Shown: positions 19,385-19,876 of the stretch, piece after piece
How positions within the stretch are numbered: position 1 is the stretch's first letter
Layout of the letters: each line of letters opens with the position of its first letter
Assembly (NCBI RefSeq): GCF_006345805.1
Contig: NW_021824114.1
Location: 1-19,876 of the forward strand
Reading direction: 5' to 3'
Length of the DNA: 19,876 nt
DNA from: Octopus sinensis
Lineage: Eukaryota
Made by a program: the position numbers and the translations under genes
Notes under the pieces: generated by a model
The model's input: the letters and a program-made list of their open reading frames with translations, nothing else
What the model was told of the DNA's origin: nothing
Databases searched by the model: none

Positions 19385-19563
19385 CTGTGGTAAGAAGTTT
19401 GCTTCCCAACCACATGGTTCTGGGTTCAGTTCCACTGTGTGGCACCTTGGGCAACTGTCTTCTACAATAGCCTCAGGCCCAACAAAAGCTATGTGGGTGA
19501 ATTTGGTAGACAGAAACTAAAAGAAGCACATTGTATGTATATATATATATATATATATATATA
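19385..19563 (+). mobile_element. Family A SINE 5' half ending in (TA)n
   Basis: TGTGGTAAGAAGTTTGCTTCCCAACCACATGGTTCTGGGTTCAGTTCCACTG...GAATTTGGTAGACAGAAACTAAAAGAAGC. Confidence 0.85.
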
Positions 19564-19876
19564 CTCCACCCCTTGGGCATCTCCAAATCACCAATCCAAC
19601 TGACTTTTTTACCATTGCAGATATAAAATCAGAGGTGGCGACGATAGATTACATCGATATAAAGGAAGACGATGTAACCAAGGCTATAGATGAAATGAAA
19701 ACAGACTCAGCTACTGGCCCCGATGGATTCCCGGCAATCCTCCTAAAAGCATGTAAGAGAGTCCTAGCAAGACCACTGCAGTTCCTCTTTCAGAGCTTCC
19801 TTGCAGCTGGCAAACTTCCAGGAAACTGAAGGAAGGTAAAATATGCCCCATTCATAAAGGAGGTAGCAGAGCGGAA
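19564..19876 (+). mobile_element. 5'-truncated CR1/Jockey-group LINE ORF2 fragment (pre-RT region), running off the window
   Basis: VTKAIDEMKTDSATGPDGFPAILLKACKRVLARPLQFLFQSFLAAGKLPG, then after a 1-nt frameshift (~19825) LKEGKICPIHKGGSRAE. This is the typical region preceding LINE RT domain 1. Confidence 0.88.

Noticed and set aside
17423-19435. Poly-Pro, poly-His, Val/Cys- and Met-rich ORFs
   Set aside because: These are translations of microsatellites; the same applies to 4375-4604 and 8958-9300.

Overview
This is repeat-dense, AT-rich eukaryotic DNA. The SINE, RTE and microsatellite content resembles an octopus or other coleoid cephalopod genome; that assignment comes from pattern recall and was not verified. 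There is one host coding exon (13468-15378, +). It encodes a WS/DGAT (wax ester synthase/diacylglycerol acyltransferase)-fold protein with a polyQ/H N-terminus, a membrane segment plus Cys cluster, and a degenerate catalytic motif (HPCMSDS instead of HHxxxDG). The rest is mostly mobile DNA: (1) a full-length decayed Tc1-like transposon with DD36E spacing and a nested SINE with TSDs; (2) three RTE-type LINE copies with a C4HC3 PHD-like finger inside the RT, one of them with a 3' UTR expanded into a ~1.8 kb hierarchical hairpin-repeat array; (3) a probable non-autonomous Helitron; (4) a mariner-derived MITE; (5) a CR1-like LINE fragment; (6) many tRNA-derived SINEs and microsatellites. No CRISPR array or true rRNA/tRNA gene is supported. 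Most short ORFs in the track are repeat artefacts. The best novelty candidates are the WS/DGAT probable pseudoenzyme, the PHD-in-RT LINE with its structured 3' array, and the DD36E transposon.
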